DNA of 58,885 nt, counting the filler. It is 2 parts of 2 records of this genome, joined end to end, with 100 filler letters (N's around TTAATTAATTAA, not from the genome) between each part and the next. Parts side by side here need not be neighbours in the genome. Positions count along the whole stretch, not along the records: positions 1 to 30,301 come from SRR31156797_8688; 1 more part is not named here. One strand, 5' to 3'. Positions 1 through 11,032 of the stretch are shown here, in pieces. Position 1 is the first letter of the stretch. Each line of letters starts with the position of its first letter. The notes under the pieces were generated by a model that ran no database searches, was not told the DNA's origin, and worked only from the letters and a program-made list of their open reading frames with translations. A program made the translations under genes and the position numbers.

Positions 1-1
1 T

Positions 2-2065
2 TTCATTAAGAATCGAACTCAGGTTATTACCATCTTCATCTTCGTAAGCTGCATACCAAAAAAATTGATTACTCGTTAAACCATCTTCCTCATAAAAATT
101 AGTAAAAGTTTCTGTTTTGTAATTAAAACGAGATAGTCCGTTTGCTGTACTAATCCACAAATTAGAATGATTATCGCTCAGTATTTCAACCACCAGATTA
201 TCACTCAAGCCATTATCTTCTGTATAATACTTAAATTCAACCGTACTGGCATCGAAAATATCCAATGTATTGGTAATTACTTTTACCATTCCACTTCCCC
301 TGGAACCTATCCATAATGTACCGTCATTATCTGTATGAGAGGTTAACAACATACGGGGTAAAGTATTAGGCAAATCTCTACTATATTTAAAATGAAGAAT
401 GTCATTCTTAGTAGGATTAAGTTGCCTTTGATAATCTTTCTGTGGTCTGATAATAATGAGCCCCGTTGATTCTGTGGTAACAACAATATTTCCACTTACA
501 TCTATTTCAATATCTCCAAAATAGCGAATATCATTTCCAAGAACCTGATGTAGTTGAACGGGATTAAACTGGCCAGTTTCCTCATCTCTCACTAACACTC
601 CTTCTGATGTGGATACCCAAAGCCGATTGTATTTACCTTCAACAATTCCTGCAATAAATACGTGAGGTTCCGAAAGAACCGTTGTAAACACAGGCTTTCC
701 ATCTAAAGAATCCAAACGATTTAATCCCCAGCCCCAGGTACCAAACCACATAGTTTCATCTTTATCACATAGTATTGCCGAAATTACATCTCCAGAAATT
801 GTTGATGCATCATTGTCATCGTGCTTAAAACTTGAGAATTTTCCAGTTGTCCGATTATAATGATTTAAACCTTGTCCAGAAGTACCAATCCATAAATCAT
901 TATCACTATTGGTAAATATTGAATTAATAATATTTCCTTGTAATCCTTCGGGGTTGCTATCCGATTGTTGAATCCAGTAAAAAACTTTAGTATTTCTATC
1001 TATTTTACTAACTCCTCCGTTTTCTGTTCCAATCCAAATAATACCATTACCATCGTCAAAAATACAATGAATAAAATCGTTTGTTAAACTGTTTTCATCA
1101 TTGGGATCGCTATAAAAGTTTACAAATTCATTATATTTCTTATCATAGTAACTTAATCCTCCATAAGTACCAAGCCATAAGTTTCCGTCTGTATCTTCTA
1201 TAAGATCCTGAACATGATTACCAGCCATCCCATTGTAATCATTTGTTCTATTATAAAAGGTTTTTAAAAGGTTTCCATCCTTATCCAGAACGTACAAACC
1301 TGTACTTGTTGCCACCCAAAGCTCATTCTGTTTATTGTGTAAAAACTTATTAATCCTACTCACTAAAACATCATTCTGATCATGTAAGATAATGGTTCTT
1401 ATTTCGTTCTTTTTTGTATCTAACCTAAAAAGTCCATCATCTGAAGTTCCCAGCCAAATCACTTCATCCATCTTATGAGCAGAGCGTATATTACTATGTT
1501 TTATGGTATAATTAAAGTCATCAAAAACCTGGTATTTATGAAATGATAATTGGGGAACTCTTTCCTTGAGTTGTATGGAGACTACCGCTACTCCTAAATT
1601 GGTTCCCAAAAGAAAACTATTTTCACTGTACCTCTCTACAGAATAAATATAATCTCCCGGTAAAGTTTGACCTTTTTTTGTAGAATCATTATAAAACCGA
1701 TAGAATCGATCCATCTTGGTATCATAAATATTTAATCCATCATAAGTACCAATAATTAAAAACCCATCTTTAAATTCTTTAATACTTGTTATGTAGTCAT
1801 GACTTAGCGAGTTAGTATTATTAGGATCGCTTTTAAAAACTTTAAACTCATAACCATCAAAGCGATTTAATCCTGTAACCGTCCCAAACCACATAAATCC
1901 CAGACTATCTCTACAAATACAATCAACCCTATTCTGCGATAAGCCATCCTCAGTTGTCAGATTTTCAAATTTAATATTAAACTGCTGTGCGAAAAGAGGT
2001 TGAATTGAAATTAACAGAAATAACCCAATAATCTTTAACCTAGATATTTGCTGTTGTACAATCAT
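2..2065 (-). CDS. Two-component regulator beta-propeller sensor protein (hybrid two-component system-like N-terminus), truncated at window edge
   Basis: Not in the ORF track because it runs off the edge. Manual translation of the ends gives MIVQQQISRLKIIGLFLLISIQPLFAQQFNIKFENLTTEDGLSQNRVDCICRDSLGFMWFGTVTGLNRFDGYEF at the start (ATG 2065) and FYEEDGLTSNQF near the edge: signal peptide plus Reg_prop-type DGLS/WxGT repeats. Confidence 0.85.
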   Translation of the reverse strand, partial: MIVQQQISRLKIIGLFLLISIQPLFAQQFNIKFENLTTEDGLSQNRVDCICRDSLGFMWFGTVTGLNRFDGYEFKVFKSDPNNTNSLSHDYITSIKEFKDGFLIIGTYDGLNIYDTKMDRFYRFYNDSTKKGQTLPGDYIYSVERYSENSFLLGTNLGVAVVSIQLKERVPQLSFHKYQVFDDFNYTIKHSNIRSAHKMDEVIWLGTSDDGLFRLDTKKNEIRTIILHDQNDVLVSRINKFLHNKQNELWVATSTGLYVLDKDGNLLKTFYNRTNDYNGMAGNHVQDLIEDTDGNLWLGTYGGLSYYDKKYNEFVNFYSDPNDENSLTNDFIHCIFDDGNGIIWIGTENGGVSKIDRNTKVFYWIQQSDSNPEGLQGNIINSIFTNSDNDLWIGTSGQGLNHYNRTTGKFSSFKHDDNDASTISGDVISAILCDKDETMWFGTWGWGLNRLDSLDGKPVFTTVLSEPHVFIAGIVEGKYNRLWVSTSEGVLVRDEETGQFNPVQLHQVLGNDIRYFGDIEIDVSGNIVVTTESTGLIIIRPQKDYQRQLNPTKNDILHFKYSRDLPNTLPRMLLTSHTDNDGTLWIGSRGSGMVKVITNTLDIFDASTVEFKYYTEDNGLSDNLVVEILSDNHSNLWISTANGLSRFNYKTETFTNFYEEDGLTSNQFFWYAAYEDEDGNNLSSILNE

Positions 2066-2224
2066 TAAATGAGTATGAATTCTCTCCAATTTAATAATTT
2101 TTGGGCATATATAAGTATAGAATTACCACTATATTATTACAATATAAAAGGGTATAATTTTAGACCTATTAATTTTATTATTCCAGGTATAGATTTTTTT
2201 ATGGTATTGATATTAAGACATTAC

Positions 2225-2265
2225 AAAAAACAAAGGGGCTACCTCAATTAAGATGAAATAGCCCC
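2225..2265 (-). terminator. Intrinsic terminator of the OmpA-lipoprotein-DUF5723 operon
   Basis: GGGGCTA(2235-2241)/TAGCCCC(2259-2265) stem followed by a U-rich tract on the minus strand, just after the stop at 2291. Confidence 0.65.
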
Positions 2266-2290
2266 AATATTTTGTATATATTATTGTGTT

Positions 2291-3757
2291 TTATCGACCA
2301 ATCATTGGTTTATTACGATACCCATGTTTTCCAAATACAAAGTTTATCCCTGTCATTACAGAAAAAGTTTCTGCTTTGGTTGGTGCAATAAATTTGCTAT
2401 CATCTGACTCAATCTTATCATAATAAAACGGAATGTGATTTAACATCAAATAAAACTGAAATGGCCCACCTCTTAACGCAAAACCAAGTCCCAAATCTTT
2501 AGAGCCTTTGATTTCATGGTTATAAGCCAGTGTGGTACTAAATGCTTTATAAAGATTAAAATTAGCCGACAACACAAACTCTTGTCTAAAATTATACTTT
2601 GCAAAAGTGCTCCTTGAAAGAAAACCTAAATCCAAAACATGATTTGCATGATACACTGAACCCAGCATCAACTCAGGACTCAAACCTGTCGAGAATTTTA
2701 CTTTACCTGTATTAGCATCCATAACGTCTCTGATGCTATCACCAATGGCTTCATATGATTCACCAATATCATCACTCTCTTGAATGCTAATATTTGGCCC
2801 TTCGAAATGGTAAGTTCCCGATGCTTCTGTTGAATTCAGGTTCGATTTCCAGTTAACATAGCCTAGGTTATTCAAGGCTGCTGAAAAAGAAACTTTACTA
2901 TTAAAATCATAAACAGCACCCAAATCTAAAGCAATTCCGAAATTTTTAAACTTTGGAGTTGCCTGATTAACAAAATCTGAGCTTTCTAAATCTTCATCTG
3001 AATCAATTTCATCAGGAAAGCCATTTTCATCCTCAGTTACCTCTACAAAAGGAATAGAAGAATATACACTTCCATCTACATTTAATGTGTAAGATGTAAG
3101 ATTATTACTAATGGATAGCTCATTAAATTTCATCTGAGCAGCTGCAATTCCAGACAACGGTTTCAAGTGTACACCAACAGTTAGTTTTTCATCTATCTGA
3201 TGCGCATAACCAAAAGATAATTCATGATATGAAACCAATTTAGTTTGCATGGATTTAAAATCTAAAGTTTCTCCATTTCCAAATCCTTTTTCGGCCAGGC
3301 GAAATAAATCCTTTGGTAACCCAAAACGCGCATTTATCTTCTGTTGCAAAGAAAAGGTGAAATATCCTTTTTTAGTTCTAAATCCAAAATAAATAGGAGC
3401 ATAAGCTACCGATGCATTTATCGATGCTGATTTTCCAAAGCTTTTGTAAAACTCATCATAATTAAAATCAGCATCTAAAGGCTGAACCCAGATACCTCCA
3501 GATTTTTGTATTAAATCTTTAGGTGCTATATCCGATTTAAAATCCAAGGCAATTCCACTAGCTCCCGGTAAACCAACGAAACTATTGGCTCTTGGCATCA
3601 TAGCCGGATTTAAATAGTTGCTTTGAGGCAAATTCTCAAAATAATATAATAAGCTTGAGTTTTGAGCCAGCACCCCGGTGGAGGAGAAACATAATATTCC
3701 CATCCATAATAAAATATTTTTTCGTATTAGACTGATCACTTTATTCATTTTATTCAT
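2291..3757 (-). CDS. DUF5723-family outer-membrane beta-barrel protein
   Basis: Signal peptide; PQSNYLNPA motif, GIALDLGAVY, alternating beta-strand pattern, C-terminal GINFVFG. Confidence 0.75.
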   Translation of the reverse strand: MNKMNKVISLIRKNILLWMGILCFSSTGVLAQNSSLLYYFENLPQSNYLNPAMMPRANSFVGLPGASGIALDFKSDIAPKDLIQKSGGIWVQPLDADFNYDEFYKSFGKSASINASVAYAPIYFGFRTKKGYFTFSLQQKINARFGLPKDLFRLAEKGFGNGETLDFKSMQTKLVSYHELSFGYAHQIDEKLTVGVHLKPLSGIAAAQMKFNELSISNNLTSYTLNVDGSVYSSIPFVEVTEDENGFPDEIDSDEDLESSDFVNQATPKFKNFGIALDLGAVYDFNSKVSFSAALNNLGYVNWKSNLNSTEASGTYHFEGPNISIQESDDIGESYEAIGDSIRDVMDANTGKVKFSTGLSPELMLGSVYHANHVLDLGFLSRSTFAKYNFRQEFVLSANFNLYKAFSTTLAYNHEIKGSKDLGLGFALRGGPFQFYLMLNHIPFYYDKIESDDSKFIAPTKAETFSVMTGINFVFGKHGYRNKPMIGR

Positions 3758-3771
3758 TATTATTTTGGGAA

Positions 3772-5448
3772 TTACTCTTCAATTTTTCCAATTGCCGTAA
3801 ACCAACTTACTGCTTTTAAATAATTGTCTTTAGCTATCTGCACAAATTTATCTCCCCCACTTGTTCCTGCTTTAGTATAAATGATAATGTATTTAACATC
3901 TCCATTCTTCCATTGATCCAGGTTTTCCTTAGTTACTTCTGCATCGAATGTTGAAAATGAGCTCTTGGTTACTTTTCCAGTAGTTAAATCAATTTCAGCA
4001 GCTTTAATCACCTCTTGTTCGTCTTTTGTTTTAAAAAGGGAATCAACCAAAGTATAGTTTTCATCAGCAAAATAAACCTGCAGATTGATATCGAAAGGCA
4101 TTCCATTTTCAAATTCAAAAGAAGCTTTTAACTTTTGTAATTTATCAGATAATGACTCATCATCAGATTCAAACTCATCATTATAGTCGAACTCAATTGT
4201 ATCTGAACGATGATAATTAGAAGTCTTTATCCATAATGGTACATTCATTCTCAATTTGGATTTAATCAAACTTGCATCTGAAAGAAAATTTCTATTTCCT
4301 GTGTCTCCATCCGGATTGGTCATAATTGTAATATCGGAACTTAATTTATACGGTGTAAATTCCGTTAACTTTAATATTCCTTGTTCTACCAAGTCGGTAT
4401 TTTCACTGTTAAATGATTTGATAGTAGTAACTGGAGAATCAACATTAGGAGCGGATTCTAAATAGATTACATTTGAATCATCTAAAAGGTTAACCGACTT
4501 AATTTCCTCATCTGAACTTTCTGTTTTTCCTGTAAATGTTAAATTATCTGCAGTAAAAAGAAATGGTAAACCATAAGAATTTTCAGTCTCTATTTCAATT
4601 AAGAAATCTTTGAATTCAATATCCACACCGATATTTTTAGTTTCAAAAGTTTCAAATTCGATATCTAAAGTTTTATTATCATAAATGTGATCCTGTCCGA
4701 AATAACCAACAATTTTATCCGGTACAATATCACTAATATTGTAACTAATAAACACAGGAGTTGGATTTACAGGAATATAATCTTCCCGCAGTTTTATTTC
4801 TGTAATCAAATCTATATATCCTGTAGGAGCTTGCTGATCTATAAAACTCATATAGCCATCTGTAACATCGATAGAATAGTAACTTGTTGTTTCCGGATTA
4901 ACTACATCTTCGAATGATTGCCCGCCAATATATAATTGAGGAATCTTTATTGTGATAGATTCAACAGCACCCGGAGGAACATTAAAACTCATATGAATAT
5001 CAGCGTTCTCCAAGTAAATTGAATCTACTCTAACATCCTCATTGTCGTTTAAATATATTCGTTCAGAATTCTCAATAATATACTCAGTTTTATTTGCTCC
5101 ACTTTTAAGAGTTTTAAAAGGAACTTCTGATACAATATCTACTGAATAAGTTCCGGAAGCATCTTTAACTTCTAATACCGTAGGCCAATGCACATCAAAT
5201 TCTGTTTCGTAAAACAAATACAGCAAACCATTTTCATCATACTTAACAATGGTATCAGCACCGTCGAACTCATCAACTAAATGACTTAATGAATCTATTC
5301 TTAGCGTCAGTCCTGGTAAATCCAACCTGTATTCTCTGTTTGCCTTATCCGAAATATCATCTACATTGATGGTATCCTTTACGCAACCTTCCATAAGCAT
5401 TAGAAACAGGAGCACTCCTACCACAAAATGAATTTTCAAACTCTTCAT
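3772..5448 (-). CDS. Acidic beta-rich lipoprotein of unknown function
   Basis: Likely start MKSLKIHF at 5448; lipobox-like LMEG-C followed by VKDTINVDD; lies between ompA-like and DUF5723 genes. Confidence 0.7.
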   Translation of the reverse strand: MKSLKIHFVVGVLLFLMLMEGCVKDTINVDDISDKANREYRLDLPGLTLRIDSLSHLVDEFDGADTIVKYDENGLLYLFYETEFDVHWPTVLEVKDASGTYSVDIVSEVPFKTLKSGANKTEYIIENSERIYLNDNEDVRVDSIYLENADIHMSFNVPPGAVESITIKIPQLYIGGQSFEDVVNPETTSYYSIDVTDGYMSFIDQQAPTGYIDLITEIKLREDYIPVNPTPVFISYNISDIVPDKIVGYFGQDHIYDNKTLDIEFETFETKNIGVDIEFKDFLIEIETENSYGLPFLFTADNLTFTGKTESSDEEIKSVNLLDDSNVIYLESAPNVDSPVTTIKSFNSENTDLVEQGILKLTEFTPYKLSSDITIMTNPDGDTGNRNFLSDASLIKSKLRMNVPLWIKTSNYHRSDTIEFDYNDEFESDDESLSDKLQKLKASFEFENGMPFDINLQVYFADENYTLVDSLFKTKDEQEVIKAAEIDLTTGKVTKSSFSTFDAEVTKENLDQWKNGDVKYIIIYTKAGTSGGDKFVQIAKDNYLKAVSWFTAIGKIEE

Positions 5449-5476
5449 ATAATTATTATTTATCACTATTTTCAAT

Positions 5477-7960
5477 CTATTCAATAACTTTTATTTCCAC
5501 TCTTCGGTTTTGCGCTCTTCCTTCTGCTGTATTATTAGGTGCAATAGGTTGATCTAAACCATATCCTTCATACTCTAAACGCTCTTCTTCAACTCCTTTT
5601 GTTATCAAATAATTTCGAACGGCTAGGGCACGAGCTTTAGATAGTTTTTTGTTTACTGTTGCAGAACCGGTATTATCAGTATGACCTGAAACCTCAATTC
5701 TAATATCTCTGTTTTCGTTTAATAAATTCGCCAGTTTATCGAGTTGAGCAAAAGATGTAGGTTGTAATGAAGTTTTTCCTGAGTTAAACAGAATATTCTC
5801 CACTACAATTTTTGCACCTCGTTGCATTTTCTTCAAGGTAAAATCAACCGTTTTATGCAGGCTATCTGTTTCTAAGAATTGAATGCTATCATTGATAAAG
5901 AAGTAACCTTCAGATTTAACCTCCACCTCAAAAGGACCTGCTGAATCAAAAACTACTTTGTACATTCCCAATGAATCGGTATCTGTTGCTTCAAATGGAT
6001 ATGCTTCTCCTGACTGGTAAAACAACAACGAAGCATCTACAGTTTCGGCCATCCCTTCAGCTTGAACTTTTCCGTCTAAATAATACAGGGTTTTACTACT
6101 TACTAAATCGTAGGTTCTTTTTATATAGGCAGAATCAATAAACTGAGTATTAATACTATCTTTTAAAGTAAAATAATCTTCTGCATTAATCTCTATTCTC
6201 AACAGATACTTATCGGCAAACGTAACACTATACTTTCCATTTTCTTCGTTGGTCACCTGTCTGGTTAAAAGTGTGTCTGCTACCGCATCATAACAATTAA
6301 TGGTTGCTAAAACGGGTTCATAAGTAGCCGAATCTCTAACATATCCTCTGATAGTAAAAGGAGATTTCAGTTTATTTAATTCAAAATTCATTACAAGCTC
6401 AGCATGACGCTCAGTTGGGCAAATAATTGTATCTCCCAAAGATTCATAACCTTCTGCATCTACCTGAATAAAATAGTTGCTGACATCTTCAAATGCCATA
6501 CTGTATAGCTGCGATATTGAATCTGAAACGGCTGATGCAACTAATTCATTTGTTTCCAAATCAAAAACATTTAAAGATGCCTGCAAAGTATCCTGATTTT
6601 TTTGATCTGTTACAACTCCTGACAATGTAAAAGGAATACGGTTATCATTGATAATCTTATAAATATCTAATCCTCCATGGCCATCAGCTCTTACTGCAGA
6701 ATAAAGTGCAATATCAGGATCCTGAGTAGTTCGATAAAATAATTCATCAGAAGGACTATTTATTGGATATCCTAAATTAATAGGTTCTCCCCAAGTTCCA
6801 TTCTCCTGCTTTTCTGATTTAAAAACATCAAATCCGCCCATTCCATCATGTCCATTGGAAGAAAAATATAAAGTTTGTCCATTGGGAGTAACATATACAC
6901 ACTCTTCATCAAATGGTGTATTAATCAAATCTCCGATATTTCTGCGTCTGGCATATCTGTTTTTACCTTTTTTCTTACAATACCAAATATCCTTGCCTCC
7001 TTCTCCTCCTCTACGATCGGAAATAAAATAGGCCATTCCATTGTCGTCAATTGCAATAGATGTTTCTTTGTATGCAATATGGTTAACAGCTCCATTTAAA
7101 CTTTTTCTCTTTTTCGCTTTCCCTTTTACTACATCAGTAGTATATATTTCTCCGGTCCTCTTTTTTCCTTTATAATAGTATAGTAAATCCTGCTGATGAT
7201 CATAACCGGCAACAGCATAGTGTTTTTTGCCTCTTAAACCTTTTAATGATTGTGCCAATGTTGGATCATCCTGTAAACTTCCTTCGGCCAATATGATTTG
7301 TTCATTAAACTTAAAGCGAGAAACTCTTCTGGATGGCTCTTTATCAGGACGACGAGATGTAAAATAAAACAAGGAATCCTCGCTTATATTTACAGCTCCA
7401 TAATCGTCGTAGTAAGTATTTACAACAGGTCCAAGATTGAATATAAAAACCGGAGTTGAATCCTGCAGGGCAACCTGACCAAAAGTACACTCACGTTTCT
7501 GCTGCATCAGCTGATTTAGCTTTCCTTTTCGATTCCATTTATTTTGCAGCTCAAAATGCTTCTCAAAGGCTTCCCTTGCTTCAGTATACTGATAATTATA
7601 CTGATAAGCTTTTCCAAGTAAAAAGTAATAATCTTTAGCAACAGAAGACTCACTACTCAATAAATATTGTAGTGCCGCTTTTTTATTTGATCCTCCCAAA
7701 TAACAAGCTGCAATTTTATAGTTAAGAGCAGGGTCGTTTGTATAATACTCATGCAATCTTAAATAATACTTTAGTGCTTCGTCATGCGTTCCTACACCCA
7801 TACGATAGTACTTTTGAGCTTTCTTCATTTCCTTTTGCGCTTTAGTCTTATCTGTTGCGCTACCTAAGATACTGTCTTTATTTAGGCTAGGATTTTTTTG
7901 AGACATAGCTGACAAGCTTACCAGCAATGCAACACTAATTAGTGTAAAAATTTTAGGCAT
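5477..7960 (-). CDS. OmpA-family peptidoglycan-binding protein with TPR, PD40 propeller and carboxypeptidase-regulatory-like repeats (PorE-like architecture)
   Basis: N-terminal helical repeats, PD40 motifs (YFSSNGHDGMGGFDVF, NLGYPINSPSDE), C-terminal OmpA_C motifs GHTDNTG, LSKARA, NRRVEI. Confidence 0.9.
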   Translation of the reverse strand: MPKIFTLISVALLVSLSAMSQKNPSLNKDSILGSATDKTKAQKEMKKAQKYYRMGVGTHDEALKYYLRLHEYYTNDPALNYKIAACYLGGSNKKAALQYLLSSESSVAKDYYFLLGKAYQYNYQYTEAREAFEKHFELQNKWNRKGKLNQLMQQKRECTFGQVALQDSTPVFIFNLGPVVNTYYDDYGAVNISEDSLFYFTSRRPDKEPSRRVSRFKFNEQIILAEGSLQDDPTLAQSLKGLRGKKHYAVAGYDHQQDLLYYYKGKKRTGEIYTTDVVKGKAKKRKSLNGAVNHIAYKETSIAIDDNGMAYFISDRRGGEGGKDIWYCKKKGKNRYARRRNIGDLINTPFDEECVYVTPNGQTLYFSSNGHDGMGGFDVFKSEKQENGTWGEPINLGYPINSPSDELFYRTTQDPDIALYSAVRADGHGGLDIYKIINDNRIPFTLSGVVTDQKNQDTLQASLNVFDLETNELVASAVSDSISQLYSMAFEDVSNYFIQVDAEGYESLGDTIICPTERHAELVMNFELNKLKSPFTIRGYVRDSATYEPVLATINCYDAVADTLLTRQVTNEENGKYSVTFADKYLLRIEINAEDYFTLKDSINTQFIDSAYIKRTYDLVSSKTLYYLDGKVQAEGMAETVDASLLFYQSGEAYPFEATDTDSLGMYKVVFDSAGPFEVEVKSEGYFFINDSIQFLETDSLHKTVDFTLKKMQRGAKIVVENILFNSGKTSLQPTSFAQLDKLANLLNENRDIRIEVSGHTDNTGSATVNKKLSKARALAVRNYLITKGVEEERLEYEGYGLDQPIAPNNTAEGRAQNRRVEIKVIE

Positions 7961-8273
7961 TATATATTCAAGTTTAATTTCTGTTATTCACTAAAGTTGA
8001 TACTCTCCAGCACTTTCTTCTTTGTATACAATCAACCTTACAATTCAAACGCAGATAGCTTGAATTGGTTGATGAAATTACATAAAACGACAAATTATTT
8101 CTATAAGTCTATTTTGATATTAGGTTAAAACTACAATAACAAAAATGTAGCATGTAATTCTTGAAAAATCTTTTTCGAAAATAATATTAAATTCAATTTG
8201 AATAAAAGATTTAATTTACAAAAGATACTCTTCAAATAAGATAATTCTGAAGATATAAAACTTCTATCTTCAA

Positions 8274-10952
8274 CTACCCCCCTTCATTTTCGACTTTATC
8301 CTTTAATAATTTATAATTAACCTTTCCTGTACCTAAAACCGGTATTTCAGGTAATATTTCAACTCTTGATATTTTAGCTATTGGTGGAGCATTGTTTTTC
8401 CTTAAGCATTCATTGGCTTCCTTAATACTTATATTTTTAATGGTAAAAAGCACAATTTGAGGTGCACTTGTTTTATCACTTCCTTCTACAGCCACGGTTA
8501 TTTCATCCTCACTTCCAAAGTTTTCTAATAAAATTTGCTCTATTGAAGGAAGGCTGATCATCTCCCCTGCAATTTTTATGAAACGTTTTAACCTTCCGGT
8601 AATAAATAAATAATTCTCATTATCCAGATAACCCAGATCTCCTGTTTTATAATACCATTCTTTGTGTATTTGTATAAATGGTGATTCTATACTTTTATTA
8701 AGATACCCTTTAAATATATTTTCCCCTCTAAAACAAATCATTCCTTCCTGGTTAGGGGACAAAATCTCATTAGTTTCCAAATCCAGAATTTTACAATCCA
8801 CATCCTTAATCACCTGCCCAACACTCCTATCCTTTTGTTTTTGCAACGGATTTAATGATAACACCGGGGCACATTCTGTAATACCATAACCTTCAATGAG
8901 CAATGCTTTGGGTAACATTACCTGAAACAATTTCTTAAGATCGGAAGACAGGGCCTCTGCACCTGACACCACATATTTAACTGAACTCAATTCATCCGAA
9001 TTGGCATTGGATAAAATTATTTTTAAAAAACTGGGCGCAACCACTAACAATGAAGCTGAAGTTTGCTTTATCATAGCCACAATTCCTTTTCCATCTGTTG
9101 GATCAGGATAATATGCAGTTCGAACCCCGGTAATTAATGGTAAAATACTGAGAACAGTAAATCCAAAACTATGAAATGGAGGAAGAATAGCCATTAGCTT
9201 TTCATTTCGACTAAAATCTACTGTTGTTAGTGTACTGGATAAATCATGCACAATATTCCCGTGTGTTAAAGGCACAGCTTTGGGCAGATTTTCACTACCC
9301 GAAGTAAAAAGAATAACAGCTGTATCATCCAGCTCTTGACGAATCCTTAAAGTTTTAGGAAATTTACTTTTTACCAAGCCTTTAAGCTTAGTGACTATAC
9401 TTGCTTTGGCCACCTCTTTTTCCATCATAATTAACTTACTATGTATGGATTGAGGTAATTGATCCTTAATTTTTTCTACGAATGATGTTGCTGTAAAAAC
9501 ATGCTCAACTGAAGCTTCTTTAACACAATGCTCCAGCACCTTATTTCCAACTGTCCAGTTCAGCATAACCGGAACTTTACCGGCCAAATATGTAGACACA
9601 ATAAGTAATGATGTACTTTGTAGTGCAGGTAACATTATTCCAACATGATCTACTTTGCATTTCTTTTTAATGATTTCAGCAACTACGCAAGCTTTTAAAA
9701 AAAATTCGCCCCGGGTTGACTCTCCCATCACAGCATCATAAAAAACAGGTAGTCCTTTATGAGAACTACTCCTTTTTATAAATTGCTTTGGAATACTATC
9801 CAGGTTTTTAATTTTAATAAAGTCATAAAAGGGTGCTCTTCGACCAAACGAACAATCCGGCAATATTTTATTTTCCTGCAAATTCCCATTTGCCAAGGCA
9901 TACAAGTGTTTCACATTTGTAAAAACAGATATTTCCACATCTGATGAAACCTTAAACTCACTTTCAATTTCTGAAATAATTTCAACTAAACTTAAAGAAT
10001 CAGCTCCCAAATCATTCACTAAATGGTCCTCTTTGGAAACATCTACCTCGCCACGCTCTAATTTCTTATTTATAATTTTATTAACACCCTTAGTTATAGC
10101 TAAAGGAAAACTTTCAGGTATTACATTGAGTCCTTCTTTTTCTGATGGTTCATTTAGCAAAGATGTAGGCAGCTTTCTTTTTAAAGAAGTAGTGTAAAAA
10201 AATCCTTTTAAGAAAAGAGGTTTTTCAACACCTTTTGAGTTATAAAATTTTTCCAAATATTGATTAAAACTTTTACGGCTACCCACCGCTTCTTTTTTAC
10301 AACTTTCCGTTATATCCTCAAAGCTAATTTCAACTTTCCTGCGTGGCATAAAAAACAAAAAATTAGCCAAACACATCAACATTCCCTTAAGAACATTGCT
10401 GGCAAAAGCCGGAGTTTTACCGGTCCAGGCCTTAGACAACCGGCTGCCCCACAAACCCTTTATCTTAACGCCTACAACCTGCACATTTCCCGGCAATTCA
10501 CTTACAATTTGATAGGCTGCTTTTTTATTTAATATCTTTTCAAATCCTTGTTCTGCTATTTGTCCTGATGGATAGATTACAATACTTCGCTGGTAATTAA
10601 ACGCAGTTTTTACTGCTGTAGAAATATCATTTAATACATTTACATTACGACTTCCTCTCTCAATATCACTTACTCTAACAGCTCCCCAGTTTTTAAAAAA
10701 ACGATTCAATATTGGTAAATCATAATAAGTTGACGTAACAACCGGAACTATATTTTTATAAGGGTAAATATGACTTACTAATATCATCGGATCTACAACA
10801 GCCTGATGGTTTGGTAAAAATAAAACCGGACGTTTTTTATCAATACTGTCGGTATTTACCATTACAACCTTATAACGAAGAGACAGTAATAATCTGCCTA
10901 TAAAAAATATAAACTGAGCTATTGCCTTAACAATAAAATGTCTTTCCTTCAT
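8274..10952 (-). CDS. Aas-like bifunctional acyltransferase / acyl-AMP ligase with internal acyl-carrier domain
   Basis: PlsC HxxxxD motif NHQAVVD; phosphopantetheine motif LGADSL; AMP-binding motifs FTSGSENLPKAV, EGYGITE, YKTGD, GRLKRFIKIAGE. Confidence 0.85.
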   Translation of the reverse strand: MKERHFIVKAIAQFIFFIGRLLLSLRYKVVMVNTDSIDKKRPVLFLPNHQAVVDPMILVSHIYPYKNIVPVVTSTYYDLPILNRFFKNWGAVRVSDIERGSRNVNVLNDISTAVKTAFNYQRSIVIYPSGQIAEQGFEKILNKKAAYQIVSELPGNVQVVGVKIKGLWGSRLSKAWTGKTPAFASNVLKGMLMCLANFLFFMPRRKVEISFEDITESCKKEAVGSRKSFNQYLEKFYNSKGVEKPLFLKGFFYTTSLKRKLPTSLLNEPSEKEGLNVIPESFPLAITKGVNKIINKKLERGEVDVSKEDHLVNDLGADSLSLVEIISEIESEFKVSSDVEISVFTNVKHLYALANGNLQENKILPDCSFGRRAPFYDFIKIKNLDSIPKQFIKRSSSHKGLPVFYDAVMGESTRGEFFLKACVVAEIIKKKCKVDHVGIMLPALQSTSLLIVSTYLAGKVPVMLNWTVGNKVLEHCVKEASVEHVFTATSFVEKIKDQLPQSIHSKLIMMEKEVAKASIVTKLKGLVKSKFPKTLRIRQELDDTAVILFTSGSENLPKAVPLTHGNIVHDLSSTLTTVDFSRNEKLMAILPPFHSFGFTVLSILPLITGVRTAYYPDPTDGKGIVAMIKQTSASLLVVAPSFLKIILSNANSDELSSVKYVVSGAEALSSDLKKLFQVMLPKALLIEGYGITECAPVLSLNPLQKQKDRSVGQVIKDVDCKILDLETNEILSPNQEGMICFRGENIFKGYLNKSIESPFIQIHKEWYYKTGDLGYLDNENYLFITGRLKRFIKIAGEMISLPSIEQILLENFGSEDEITVAVEGSDKTSAPQIVLFTIKNISIKEANECLRKNNAPPIAKISRVEILPEIPVLGTGKVNYKLLKDKVENEGG

Positions 10953-11032
10953 ATCCTCATCCTTCTCGTTAAACTTTCACTGAATTCTTCTAGCAGTTTG
11001 TATACTTATAATTCTAATATATTGCTAAATTC

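Noticed and set aside
2069-2251. 60-aa plus-strand ORF
   Set aside because: AT-rich promoter/terminator region of the minus-strand genes; no motifs
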